Source: Eledone cirrhosa (taxonomy: Eukaryota). Taken from it: DNA of 64,000 nt. Below are positions 17,070-29,460 of this stretch, in pieces (position 1 is the stretch's first letter; every line of letters starts with the position of its first letter). The notes under the pieces are model-generated. The model saw nothing but the letters and a program-made list of their open reading frames with translations. It was not told where the DNA came from and ran no database searches. The position numbers and the translations under genes are program-made. Location: contig OZ024757.1 in the NCBI GenBank assembly GCA_964016885.1, positions 26,040,001-26,104,000 on the forward strand. The letters run 5' to 3'.

Positions 17070-19240
17070 TTCTCAGTAATGGTGCTGTAACATGGCCAGG
17101 TTTGTTAGAATATATCGTAGCATGGCCTGGTTTTTTAGATTGTGCTGCAGCATGGCCTGGCTTGTTGTATGGTGATGATGTCGCGTAACCTGGCTTTTTA
17201 GATTGTGCTGCAGCATGGCCTGGCTTTTTAAATGGTGCTGTAGTATGACCTGTCGGTTTTTGTTGTGCTGAAGCATGGTCTGGCTGTTTAGATGGTGCTT
17301 TAGCACGGCCAGGATACTTGGAACATGAATTCCTAAAATTTCAACTCCATCCAACCCAAGAAGAAAAGCAAATGGCCGTCAATTTGTAGAACTTTTCAAG
17401 CTCTACAAAAACGCTTGCTAAATGGTTTAAAAAAGAGACAATTGCAGTTTTCTGAAAGGTGACGTAGATTTTTATATTATGAGATATTTTGGTAAATCTT
17501 TCCTTCTTAGTTCCCTTCATTATCAACCATTTTAACAGCAGTTTTTCTCTTCTTACCGTATTTCTAATGAAATACACAGATCACGTGTTCCAATTCATGT
17601 TGAAAATAAACAATAAAATGTAGGGATTTAATAATAAAATTCAACATGTTTCTATTTTAATCACAAAAAATGTAATTTAGTGTAGTTTTTTTTTAAAACT
17701 CTTCCTAGTTTTCCCTGTAGCAACTCTGTTATTCTTTAGCAAATATTTCTGTGTATTTAAAAGCTTCTTTCAAGATTGAGGTGAAAGACCGTAAATTGTT
17801 GATTCAATTCTTCAGCAGTGCATATCAGCTGTTGCTCAATGGGAAATCCACCACCAAACAGCCAAGACCAAAGGTAGACCGACTTCAGTACTCCCAAACC
17901 ACCAGACTGACTAAGCCGTTCTCGCTTGAAGAGCTCAATATCAGCATCAATGCCCTTAAGACTGGTAAAGCCATCAGCCTAGATAATATTTTCACAGAGC
18001 AGATCAAGTACTTTGGAGCTCTGACACGGAAATGGATCCTTGAGCTGATGAACAACTGCATGCTGACAAGAAACATCCCAAAGATCTGGAAAAAACCCAG
18101 GATTATTGCTCTTCTCAAACCGGGTAAAGATCCAGTGCATGCAAAGAGTTTCCGCCCAATCTCCCTGCTATGCCACCCGTTTAAGCTGTTTGAGGGCCTG
18201 ATCCTCAGCAGGTTGGCCCCAGTTGTTGAACAAGCCATCATCCCCCAACAAGTTGGATTCCGACCTGGCAAATCCACAACAAGCCAACTCCTGAATCTCA
18301 CTCAGCACATTGAAGATGGGTTTCAGAAAGGACTGGTAACAGGAGCTGTCTTTGTTGATCTGCCAGCCGCATACGACACTGTGAACCGTCGCTTCCTCCT
18401 GAAAAAGATCTTGGAGCTGACAAAAGATCTGGCACTCACAGACCTCATTGGAGCCCTCTTGAAAGACAGGCGCTTCTATATATAAACTGGTCTTAAATAA
18501 CCCGGTGGGTTATTTAAGTGGACTCTTAGTTTATGTTGATGTATTCTGTGTAAACATTTTGTTTGTTGTTCCCTTCATAATATCGTCATTAGAGGTAACT
18601 GGGTTTAGTGTTGTGTTCTTGAGAAAAAATTTTATTTCACATTACTCCAGCTGTAGCTGGGGTTTAAATCTGCGATGAACTGACATACTGATCGGGGGGG
18701 TCTTTTATTCTTAGATGTTTCACGCCATAACCGAGGTAAGCACCGGCCTATTGAACCTCCGGGCTTGGAACAGACTTTAGATATCAACCATTTGAGCAGC
18801 TTTCTTATCGGACACCAACCGTGGTAGCGTATTTCTAATGGAATACACAGCCCATACGCCTCGATTAATATTGGAAAATAATGAAAATTTTGAAGGAATT
18901 TAATAATGATTTCTACTTTAGACACAAGGTCAACAATTCAGAGTATGGGGGAAGTTGATTAAATCAACCCCAGTACATTACTGGTGCTTATTTTATCGAC
19001 GCCTAAGGATGGGAGGCAAAGCTAACCTCGCCTGGATTTAACTATCGTTAACTTGTGTGTAGGTCACTTAATCTAGATGGTGATCGCCTTTGTGGAAAAC
19101 CTCTGCTATTGTCTTTAGTACTTTGGTCCTATTCCACCCAGTTACTCAGAGATATTTCATGAGATTGTAGGCAGATATTTCTACCAACCCTCTCACTCCA
19201 GCATGTGGGGTGAGTTCTTTGACGTGGAATCCTACTTTTT
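17070..19240. repeat. Composite local repeat, direct copy of ~23500-25360
   Basis: Shares the GCATGGCC minisatellite, the AT-rich block, AAACTGGTCTTAAATAACCCGGTGGG and the SINE in the same order as 23.5-25.4 kb. Confidence 0.85.
17820..18480 (+). mobile_element. Non-LTR retrotransposon reverse transcriptase fragment (Ingi/Vingi- or Jockey-like)
   Basis: KPGKDP..AKSFRPISLLCH.FKLFE, QVGFRPGKSTTSQ and AVFVDL.AAYDTV are RT domains 0-3. Truncated before the YADD motif. Confidence 0.88.
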
Positions 19241-19787
19241 AATGTGACGGTGTTGGACTACAACCTGTGCATGATCAGGTTGTCGGCGATTAAACGGGCA
19301 ACCCCACCAAGCTTGCTTCGGGAGGAGGTTGATTTTGGACACCCTGCTATATGGAAAACAAAACCCGTCAAAGGGCAGAGGAACTCAGAAGAGTAAACGA
19401 CCATCCGTTAGTGTTTTTTTGTTTTTTGTGGATCTAGAGACTCCTAGTCTTCATTAAGACATCTCTCTAGGAGAGGGTCTTTCTGGTATAAAACCTGCCA
19501 CTTTGTTTGCATCCAATGATGTAGACCAGTTCTTCTTTTTGGATAAATGCATTCAATGTTCAGAGAGTGGGATTGGCCCCATGCAAAGCCTTTCCTTACT
19601 TAAAAAAGCTTCAAGCACAGGCATCGCTTGATATGTGACATATTTTGCGATGCATGGTATTGCTGGTCATAGGCAAGTCCCTAGCAGGATTAAAAGCCAG
19701 ATCTGTGATACTCATACTTAAGTATCAAGCTATGGCATTACTCAAAATAGAGTTGCAACTATCATCATATATATGTAATATATATAT

Positions 19788-22700
19788 GATGGATGGACTA
19801 TGGAATTCTGGAGAGTCTGAAAAATCTGGACACTCAGTGACAGTGCCAAAGATAAAAAAAAATTCACCTCATGCTGCCGGACGAGAATGCAAGTACTCCT
19901 CCTTTTTATTTCGGCCGCGGATGGCTAACATAACCCCATCTCCCTCACTCCTCTCTGTGCCCCACCGTTCCCACCCACCAAACGCAATCTTAAACTTCAG
20001 AGCTAGTACCATGAATGTAGGCACCTTAAAGGGTCGCTCTAACGAGGTTGTAGAAATGCTTGGACGTAAGGAGGTTTATATTTGTTGTATTCAAGAGACC
20101 AGGTGGAGGGGTGGGTCTGCTAGATTCATTGTGGGTAAAAAACGATGCTATAAGCTTTTCTGGGTGGGAAATGACAATGGGCTGGGTGGAGTAGGAATCA
20201 TGCTAGCAGAAAAATGGGTAGATAAGATAATAGACGTAAATAGAGTGAAGGACAGAATAATTAAAATTAGACTTGTCCTAAATAGAACTACTGTGACAAT
20301 AATATCTGCGTATGCACCCCAATCCGGACTGCCTGGCGTTATAAAAGACAGATTCTATGAGTCATTAATGCTCACTACCTCCCAATTAACCGACAGTGAC
20401 AACATAATTATTGCTGGCGACCTAAATGGTCACATTGGACAACATTGTGACGGCTATGACGGAATCCATCGAGGCTATGGGTTTGGTACTAGAAATGAAG
20501 GCTCCAGAATCGTGGAATTCTGTGACGCAAATAACCTAACTGTCTGTAACACTAACTTCAAAAAACGAGACAATCACTTGATCACCTATAGATCAGGGGA
20601 ACACGCGTCAGATAGATTATATCCTTACCAGAAGACGTGACAGAGTGTCTGTTGTAAACACTAAATCCCTTCCCCGTGAAGAATGCACCTCCCAACATAG
20701 ACTCATAGTCAGGACGATACGTACTCGACAGTAGAAGAGGACCCTCCTCAGGAGAAAAATATGGAAGCTAAAGGACCCCACAGCCAGTAATAAATTTAAA
20801 AGCATATTACTTGATGCTTTTGACAGTAAGGAAGAGCAATTAGAGTCGTACAATATAGAGGAAGAGTGTGAATTCCTGAAAGCTAACCTGCTGAAGGCGA
20901 CAGATGAAATCTGTGACTGGAGCAGACCTATAGGCAGGAGGAGAGTAACTTGGTGGTAGAACAGTAAGGTGGAGGAGTCAATCAAGGCCAAAAAGCAGGC
21001 TTGGAAAGTATGGTGGGATGGGGGATCTAGGGAAGACTATCAAGTGGCTAGGAGACAAGTGTACTTCGCAAGAAGGGAAGCAGAGGAAAGAAAGTTCAAG
21101 CATGTTCTACAACGTGAGGTGTTCAGGATTGCTAGACAATGTGTCAAGGAAAACCGTGATATTGTCGGGGAGAAGTGTGTCCTTAATGATGATGTTATAT
21201 TTGCCATCACTGACGCTGATAAGAAGGTAGCTTGGGAGTGTCACTACGACAGGCTACTAAATGAGGAGAATAAATGGGAAAAAGACAGTCTCCCCTACAT
21301 CGATCCAATAGAGGGACCAGCAGTGCAAGTTGGAGGTAGTATAATAAGTAAGGCAATCAAAGATATGAAAGCGGTTGGGCCTTGGGAAATAGTTGCTGAA
21401 ATGCTGAAAGCATCTGAAACTGGGACACACTAGGGTCAGCCAGATAGTAAACCAAGTCATACAGAATGGGGTCGTACCGAAGGACTGACGTAGCAGCACC
21501 ATCATTAACTGCTACAAGGGTAAAGGAGATGCCCTAGATAGGGGTAATTATAGAGGCATTACATTAATTAACCAGGTCATGAAGGTCACAGAAAAAGTAA
21601 TAGTGCAACTAATCAGAGAGCAAATTTATCTAGATGAAATGCAGTTCGGGTTTGTGTCAGGTAAAAGTACCACAGATGCTCTTTTCATTGTATGACGACT
21701 ACAGAAGTACCTAGCTAAAAGTAAACCCCTATACTTAGCTTTTGTTGGCTTGGAGAAAGCCTTTGACAGAGCCCCACGCCCCATTATCTGGTGGGCTCTC
21801 AGAAAACTAGGTGTTGATGAATGGCTTGTGAGAGCTATACAAGCCATGTATAAAGAAACAGCAAGGTTAGAATTAACAACGAATATAGTAAAGATTTTAG
21901 CGTAAAAGTTTGTGTTCATCAGCGCTCCGACCTTAGCCCCCTCCTATTTATTATTGCCCTTCAGGCTATAACAGAGGAGTTCAAGACCGGCTGCCCATGG
22001 GAACTCCTATACGCAGATGATCTAACGCTCATAGCTGAATCAAAGGCTGAACTAGAGAAGAAATTCCAAACATGGAAGCATGGCCTAGAATCAAAAGGCC
22101 TTGAAATTAACCTGTTTAAGACTAAAGTTCTAGTTTGTAGGAAGGCAAATAGGGCACCGGTCCCATCTGGGAAATGGCCATGCTCAGTGTGTAGGCAGAA
22201 ACTCCATTTTATGTCCCAAATGCAAAGTATGGGTGCATAAAAGATGTAGTGGGATCACAGGTAAGCTAACTAAGAATATAGATTTTATATGTGGCCGGTG
22301 CAATAAGTAGCAGCAAGTACCTACAGAATATTGGCTCATTCCATTGCACAGATGGTTCTATAGAAATAGTGGACACCTTCCGTTACCTGGGTCACAAAAT
22401 CAGCAGTGGTAGAGGGTGCTCTGAAAGTACAGTAGCTAGAGTCAGAATGGGATGGAAAAAGTTCAGAGAGCTTATACCACTATTGGCCGCTAAAGGTTTC
22501 TTTCTAAAAATGAAAGGCAGGCTGTATGATGCCTGCATACGAACAGCAATGTTGCATGGCAGTGAGACCTGGGCATTGTGCAGAGGATATACGCAGACTG
22601 GAGAGGAATGAAGCTTGCATGCTCCGTTGGATGTGTAATAGTAATATAAGTGAACGGCAAAGCATAAATGAACTAAGTGAGAAATTAGGAATAAGAGGGA

Positions 22701-23300
22701 TCAGATGCTGTTTACTCGAGAGAAGACTACGTTGATACGGTCACGTGATGCGCATGAATGACAACAGCTGTATAAAAAAGTGCGGGGCGATCAAAATAGA
22801 CGGTAGCCATGGAGTAGGCAGACTCAGAAAAACCTGGGATGACTTGATAAATTCCGACCTCACACACTTACACCTCTCCAAGACAATGTCACTGGACCGA
22901 GATCTTTGGTGCTACCCAGTAATACAGAAGACCCGCCTTGCCTAAGTACAAAGCGAAACCTACAGTCAGTAGGCACCTCTTAATCAAAATACACCCCCGT
23001 CCCACACCACCCCTTTGGATATAAAGTTATGTTGGTACCACAACATTAAGTCCTAAATAAATTAGTGCGTGTAAGTGTTACGACAAAAAAACAGTCCATG
23101 CTGTAATGTGGCGGTGTAGGTAACACGGTAAAAACCTCCCAGTCCACACTGTAAACGTGGTTGGTGTTAGGAAGGGCATCCAGCCGTAGAAAACCTGCCA
23201 GACAGTCCTATACGAGTAAGACAACCAATTTTGCCTCAAGTGGGAAAATTCCCGTCCAAACCCATGCTAGAATGGAAGATGGACGTTAAACGTTGATGAT
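19788..23300 (+). mobile_element. Near full-length degenerate RTE-clade LINE (APE endonuclease, RT, PHD-type finger)
   Basis: APE: TMNVGTL, CIQETRW, ISAYAPQ, AGDLNGH. RT: CYKGKGDALDRGNYRGI, MQFGFVSGKSTTDA, LEKAFDR, LLYADDL. C4HC3 finger at ~22175-22300, RTE C-terminus and (GAT)n-type tail. Multiple stops and frameshifts. Confidence 0.93.
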
Positions 23301-24009
23301 ATATCACACCTAATTGCTACGAGGGCAAAGATGATGCTTTAGAAAAGATCAACTATGGAGGAATGAAACTAATGGACCAAGTTATGAAAGAAATAGTTAT
23401 AGCACTGCTATAGTAAACTTAATAAAGTGGTTTTCATAAGGGTATCCCTCCAAATAAAGGGTCAGAAGGACTCTCCTGCTGTATCTAACACATGACAACC
23501 TCATTAGTGCTCTAGCATGGCCTGGTTTTTTAGATTGTGCTGTAGCATGGCCAGGCTTGTTGTATGGTGATGATGTAGTTAGTGTAGGCAGCCTTTTTAG
23601 GCTGTAGCATGGCCTATCTGTTTTTTGCTGTGCTGCAGCATGGTCTGGCTGTTTAGATGGTGCTGTAGCACGGCCGAAATTTCGCGCATGCGCATTCAAC
23701 TCCATCCAACCCAAGAAGAAAAGCAAATGGCCGTCAGTTTGTAGAACTTTTCAAGCTCTACAAAAACGCTTGCTAAATGGTTTAAAAAAAGTGACAATTG
23801 CAGTTTTCTGAAAGGTAACGTAGATTTTTTATATTACGAGATATTTTGGTAAATCTTTCCTTCTTAGTTCCCTTCATTATCAACCATTTTAACAGTAGTT
23901 TTTCTCTTCTTACCGTATTTCTAATGAAATACACAAACCACGTGTTCCAATTCATGTTGAAAATAAACAATAAAATGTAATAATAAAATTCAACATGTTT
24001 CTTTTTTAT

Positions 24010-24380
24010 TCACAAAAAATATTATCTAGTGTAGTTTTTTTTTTATAACTCTTCCTAGTTTTCCCTGTAGCAGCTGTTGTCTTTAGCAAATATTTCTATG
24101 TATTTGAAAGCTTCCTTCAAGATCGAGATCAAAGACCGTAAATTGTTGATTCAATTCTTCAGCAGTGCTAAATATTTTCTGAAACTTTTGTAAATTCATT
24201 TAGTATTCTGTGGCAGATTCTACGAGAGTGTCTTCTATGAAGTTTTCTCAGGTGTTTTAACGATAGGGTCCACAGCCCAATTACCAAATTCCCGCCTACA
24301 TATTCCTGAAAGGGTCATGGCAGCAGACTCTTCAAACCCTTTTTCCAGCGGATCCAAGAGTTATTTTCCACCCTGATAAA
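24010..24380 (-). pseudogene. Degenerate pogo/Tigger-like transposase C-terminus (also 39830-40200 on +)
   Basis: Minus-strand translation IEDTLVESATEY*MNLQKFQKIFSTAEELNQQFTVFDLDLEGSFQIHRNI...CYREN.EE..KK resembles the recalled Tigger C-terminal DP..ERS..(CY)RE.Y.E.KK region. Confidence 0.45.
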
Positions 24381-27300
24381 ATATGTGCCATAAATATATA
24401 TATTTATTTGTCTTAGATAATTGTTGTAAATTAATTTCAGTTTTTAAATCACTTTAACCCTCGTTATGTTCGTTCTACGGGAGTGCTTCACATATGACGT
24501 TTGTCAGGTGTTTTAACAAGAGGGTCCGCAGTCTGATTTAGTCACCAACACTACCCCGCCACATTCACCAACATCTATATATATATATATATACATTTAA
24601 ACTGGTCTTAAATAACCCGGTGGGTCAGACCATTATAACGTGGAATCTTAGTTTATGTTGATGTATTCTGGGCAAACATTTTGTTTTTTGTTCTCTTCAT
24701 AATATCGTCATTAGAGGTAAGTGGGTTCGATTCCTAGACTGGGGTGTGTGTTGAGTTCTTGAGAAAAGATTTTATTTCAGGTTGCTTTACTCCAGTTGAA
24801 CCTCTGGGTATCTATGTGTACAGTACACAACAAAGATGAATATAAATATCAGTTTAATTAACCCTGACCCCTAAAAGAAAACATGGGACAGGCTTTAGAT
24901 ATCAACCATTTGAAAAGCCTTTTTCATCCGACACCAACCCTCATGGTACCGTATTTCTAATGGAATACACAGCCCATGCGCCTCGATTAATGATGAACAT
25001 TTTGAAGCAATTTAATAATGTATTTTTTTATATAGGCCAGCAATTATGGCGGGGGTCGATTAAATTGACCCAGTGCGTGACTGGTACTTTATTTTATCGA
25101 CCCCGTAAGGATGGAAGGCGAAGTTAACCTTGGCTGGATTTGAACTCAGAATGTAAAGGGCTGTAACTATCGTTAACTTGTGTATAGGTCACTTAATCTA
25201 ATGGAGATCGCCTTTGTAGAAAACCTCTGCTATTGTCTTTAGTACTTTGGTCCTAATCCACCCAGTTACTCAGAGATATTTCATGAGATTGTAGGCAGAT
25301 ATTTATACCAACCTTCTCACTCCAGCCTGTGGGGTGAGAACTTTGACCTGCAATCCTACTTTTTAAAGAACTTTTTCTCTCAGTACGCCTGTCCTTCTCG
25401 TAATCATAGCTGAAGTATTGATCAGTATTAATATCGATTAACTTTTCACCACGTGAGTTCAATTCTCAATCATTAGGTGAAAGAGTGACGTCTTGGGTGT
25501 CATTTATCATAAGCACCAGTTGACCCAGGTCCTGTGGGTGAAATTTGGCGAACTGGAACTGTCTGGAAGCCTGTGAGTTTTAATTTAAAGAGTCAGTCTT
25601 GTCACACTCCGTGCCAAACTTCAGTTTTTCTTCCCATAGTGGTGACAGTGTTGGACTTACGTTCATAATGTGATGAGTTCAATTCCTGGATCGTGTTGTG
25701 TTCTTGAGCAATACATTTCATTTCACGTGGCTCCAGTATACTTAGCTGAAAATGAGTACCAGAAGGGGAGGGGGGGGGGGGATAACCCTGCCATAGAATG
25801 GCGTCCTACTCATGGGAAGTCTCGTATTTTCAGTTGATTAACGCCAAGCAGACTAATAGACACCGGCTTAATGACAACCATCCTGCTCCGTAAGGGTAGG
25901 CCCCTCGGTTAGGATGTCATACGTTGGGACGTTTTCTCAATTGACAACATTGTGTGTCCTTAGACCAGCCAAGGCCTCGCTGCCCCTCATGTGATTGAGA
26001 GTTTGGCGGCGGAGACTTCCGATGTTCTTGGCCCCACGCACGGCTATCGGAGCGGACTTAACTACCCACAAATGTGGTGCAGTAGTTGTTTCAGTAAGTC
26101 TCCCTAGCTTTGGAACCACGAGACAGACTGACCTTTAAGTTTCATTTATGGTGGGGGCATGTTGAATATATTTACTTAAGCACTATTGTTATATTATTAA
26201 AAAATGAAAAACCTGTGTTTGTTTTTTATTCATAAAATTAATGTTGAAAATAAACAATAAAATGTAGGGATTTATTAATAAAATTCAACATGCTTCTTTT
26301 TTATTCACAGAAAACATAGTTTTCCCTGCAACAGCTCTGTTGTCTTTAACAAATCTTTCAAGATTGAGATCAAAGACCGTAAATTGTTGATTCAATTCTT
26401 CAGCAGTGTTAAATATTTTCTGACACTAATCACCATTTAACATTGTTAGTTAGTCGGCGATTGTCTTGTAAACCCCCAAAGTATGTGGAGGTTCTCTGGT
26501 CTGTCGCGAGCGCAGAAGCTTATCTCGTAAAATGACTGAGAGTACAAGACTCCCCTCTGGAGATGATGCCAGCCCAATGCAGGGTTAAAGTCTGTCTCAA
26601 GCTAGGAGACTCATTAAGCTTATCCTGGTTTCGTCCCTTAAAGTGACTGAGAGTACAAGATGCCAGTCCATCACAGGGTTTTTTCGCCATCATTAAGTCC
26701 CAGGTTCGATCACATTCCATTTGAAACTGGGTATATAGAAGTCTGTCATCTGTAATTCAAATGGCCAGCCTTATACCGCTAAATCTCCCTCAGGATTACG
26801 TATGTTTGTAATTATAGTTTTACTTCTAGTGCTGTAGCATGACCAGGCTATTTAGATGGTTCTATAGCATGGCCAGGATACCTGGAACATGCGCACTGGG
26901 TTTCTGAATCTCGCGCTTGCGCATTCAACTCCATCCAAAACAAGAAAAAAAAAAATGGCCGTCAGTTTGTAGAATGTTACAAGCTTTACAGAAACTCTTG
27001 CTAAATGGTTTAACAATGGACAGTAACAGCTTTCTGAAAGGTAACGTAGATTTTTATATTATGTATGATCTACTATTTACCTAGTTGTTCTCTTGTTAAC
27101 GTATTCTTAATTCAATACATTGCGAATATAATAAAATTTAATTTATATTTTTTGTTAATAAATATGTATCTAGTATAGTTTAAAAATTGTTCCTTGGGTA
27201 GTTCCTTTGTCTTTATCAAATCCTTCTGTCAACTATTTCTCCCCATCAATATGTGGTTGTCTACCTATAAACATCTAACACTTAGCAATCGAACGTGGTG

Positions 27301-27569
27301 GTTTCGATTGTTGACTTTTCCAAAAGTTGCCCACCTCTTGCAATCTTTCCGAGGTACAGATCGTGTTGTGTTCTTGAGAAAAACACTTCATTCCACGCTG
27401 CTCCAGTAGCATCATGGGGTTTCGTACTTCCAGTTGATTAACGCCAAGCAGACTGTAATAGACACCTGGTTAATAGACGTCTTAATAATCCAAGAACAGT
27501 GTTGATTATTTTGTCAGACACTGAACCATTTTTACTTGCTGGTAATAAATATATACACACTAGTTCCAC

Positions 27570-27700
27570 TCTGAGCAGGCGAGAGACGTGGCCAGTCGAT
27601 CTATGTTTGCCCTTTTTGATGGTCTCGATTAAGTTCATTCCTATCTGCTGTCGAATCCAGGTTTGTTGCTCTTCCTTGTATGATTTGCTCCATTGCCCCT
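27570..27700 (-). pseudogene. RTE LINE C-terminal fragment
   Basis: WIRQQIGMNLIETIKKGKHRSTGHVSRL resembles the RTE WIR.QT.V.DII..IK..K.RWAGHV.R motif. Confidence 0.6.
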
Positions 27701-28339
27701 CACGGTGGTCTTGGACGGACCGTGCCTCAATGTGCCGGCCCAGAATAGTCCCACTTCGATTGGGAACTAGGACTTTTCCAAACGCTGCCCACCTCTTGCA
27801 ATCTTTACACACAATAAGTCTCTCCCATTTGACTTTGTCGATGGGGGAAATCTTATCTTCTTGCTCCTCAGAACGTACATAAACGAAATTCAGCATATGG
27901 AGTTATACATTACACATACATATAAATATCTTTTATTGTTGTTTCAATAATTGTTTCTACTTTTGGCACAAGGCCAGCAATTACCCAGTGCATTACTGGT
28001 ACTTTATTTTATCGACCCCGTAAGGATGAAAGGCAAAGTCAACCTCGGCGGGATTTGAACTCAGATCGTAAAGGGACGTAACTATGCTGGAAAGCATGGC
28101 GTCCGACCCTCTACCGATACTGCAATGAACATCAATAATAAATAAGAACTTCATAAAATAGAATTCAATGTCTTTTTATTGACAAAAATGTATTTAAATA
28201 CACGAGAAATGTTGTTTAATTCTTCTCTTATGTTCTTTATAGATATGTCCAGCCACACAGGTGTTCTGTATGAACTAAGTCTGTAATAAAACAATTGTAT
28301 CATATACTTTATTGTGTTATTTATTTATTCCTGGAATGA

Positions 28340-29235
28340 AGGTAAAACCTATTTTAAGCAGCCGCATCAAGGTTTCGAATCCAACAGTCGCTCCAAAAAA
28401 GGTTGTCCAATCAACAATGTAGACGGTGTCTTCAATGGTTCTATTTTCAGGAAAGAAAAAAGAAAAGGAATTTAAAGAAAGAACCATCAGGGGTTCGAAT
28501 CTAATAGTAAGTACCACCAAGGGAATAAAAGTAAGTATCAATAAAGAATGTCAACAATGTAGAAAGTATCATTGAGGGTTCGAATCCAACAGTCGTCTAA
28601 TTAACCATCAAGGGTTCTAAGTAACAAAAATGTAATAAGAACCCTCAAGTATGTAAAGAAAGTATCTCAGGTTCGAATACAACTGTCTTCCAAGAATGTA
28701 GTAACCATCGTAGGTTCGAATCTAAGTCAAGAATGTATAAGAAGTATCATCAAGGGTTAGAATGTAATAAGAACCTTCAAGTATGTAAAGAAAGTATCAA
28801 AGGTTCGAATCTTAGTCAAGAATGTAGTAAGAAGTATCAAGGGTTAGAATCTTATAATGTAGGAAGAAGTATCTAAGGTTCGAATCCACTGTCTTCCAAG
28901 AATGTAAGTGAAATTGTGGGTTCTAAGAATCTAAACAGTCTCTTTATATAGAAGCTAAGTTTAAAGGTTCGAATCCAACTGTCTTCCAAGAATGTAAGTG
29001 AAATTGTGGGTTTTAAGAATGTAAACAGTCTCTTTATATAGAAACTAAGTTAAGAAGGTTCTAATCCAACTGTCTTCCAAGAATGTAATTAACCCTCAAG
29101 GGTTCTAAGAAACTATGTTAAGAAGGTTCGAATCCAACTGTCTTCCAAAAATGTATTTAACCTTGAAGGGTTCTAAGAAACTATGTTAAGAGGGTTCTAA
29201 TGTAACTGTCTTCCAAGAATGTCATTAACATCTAA
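28340..29235. repeat. Degenerate AT-rich tandem array with repeated GGTTCGAATC (B-box-like) motifs
   Basis: At least 8 GGTTCGAAT copies interleaved with CAACTGTCTTCCAAGAATGTA and AAGGGTTCTAAG modules. Confidence 0.8.
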
Positions 29236-29460
29236 GGTTTTCTTCTAATATGCAAATGAAACTTCAAAAGTGTAATTAAGATTCTCTCTAATATATTTCT
29301 AAGAAGAAATTTCTTCTAATATGCAAATGAGCAAATTAGATATGTAAATGAAGCTTCAAGAATCTAATTAAGATTCTCTCTATATATTAAGATTCTTTCT
29401 AATATAATTCTTCTAATATGCAAATAAACTTCAAACTCATTTGCATATTATTGAAATTTT
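29235..29460. promoter_or_regulatory. Cluster of octamer (ATGCAAAT) motifs
   Basis: ATGCAAAT at 29250, 29321 and 29418, ATTTGCAT at 29439, plus a variant ATGTAAAT at 29342. Confidence 0.45.

Larger units (their letters stand above)
19415..26680. repeat. Left arm of large inverted duplication (interrupted by the RTE LINE)
   Basis: 19415-19780 is the reverse complement of 41780-42090; 23300-26680 is the reverse complement of segments of 37640-41765. Confidence 0.9.

Noticed and set aside
25880-26100. GC-rich segment ending in CA|GTAAGT as a possible exon
   Set aside because: The two copies (25.9 and 38.1 kb) differ by a frameshifting indel and no recognisable protein results.
28340-29235. tRNA gene cluster
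   Set aside because: Only B-box motifs; no A-box spacing or cloverleaf stems visible.
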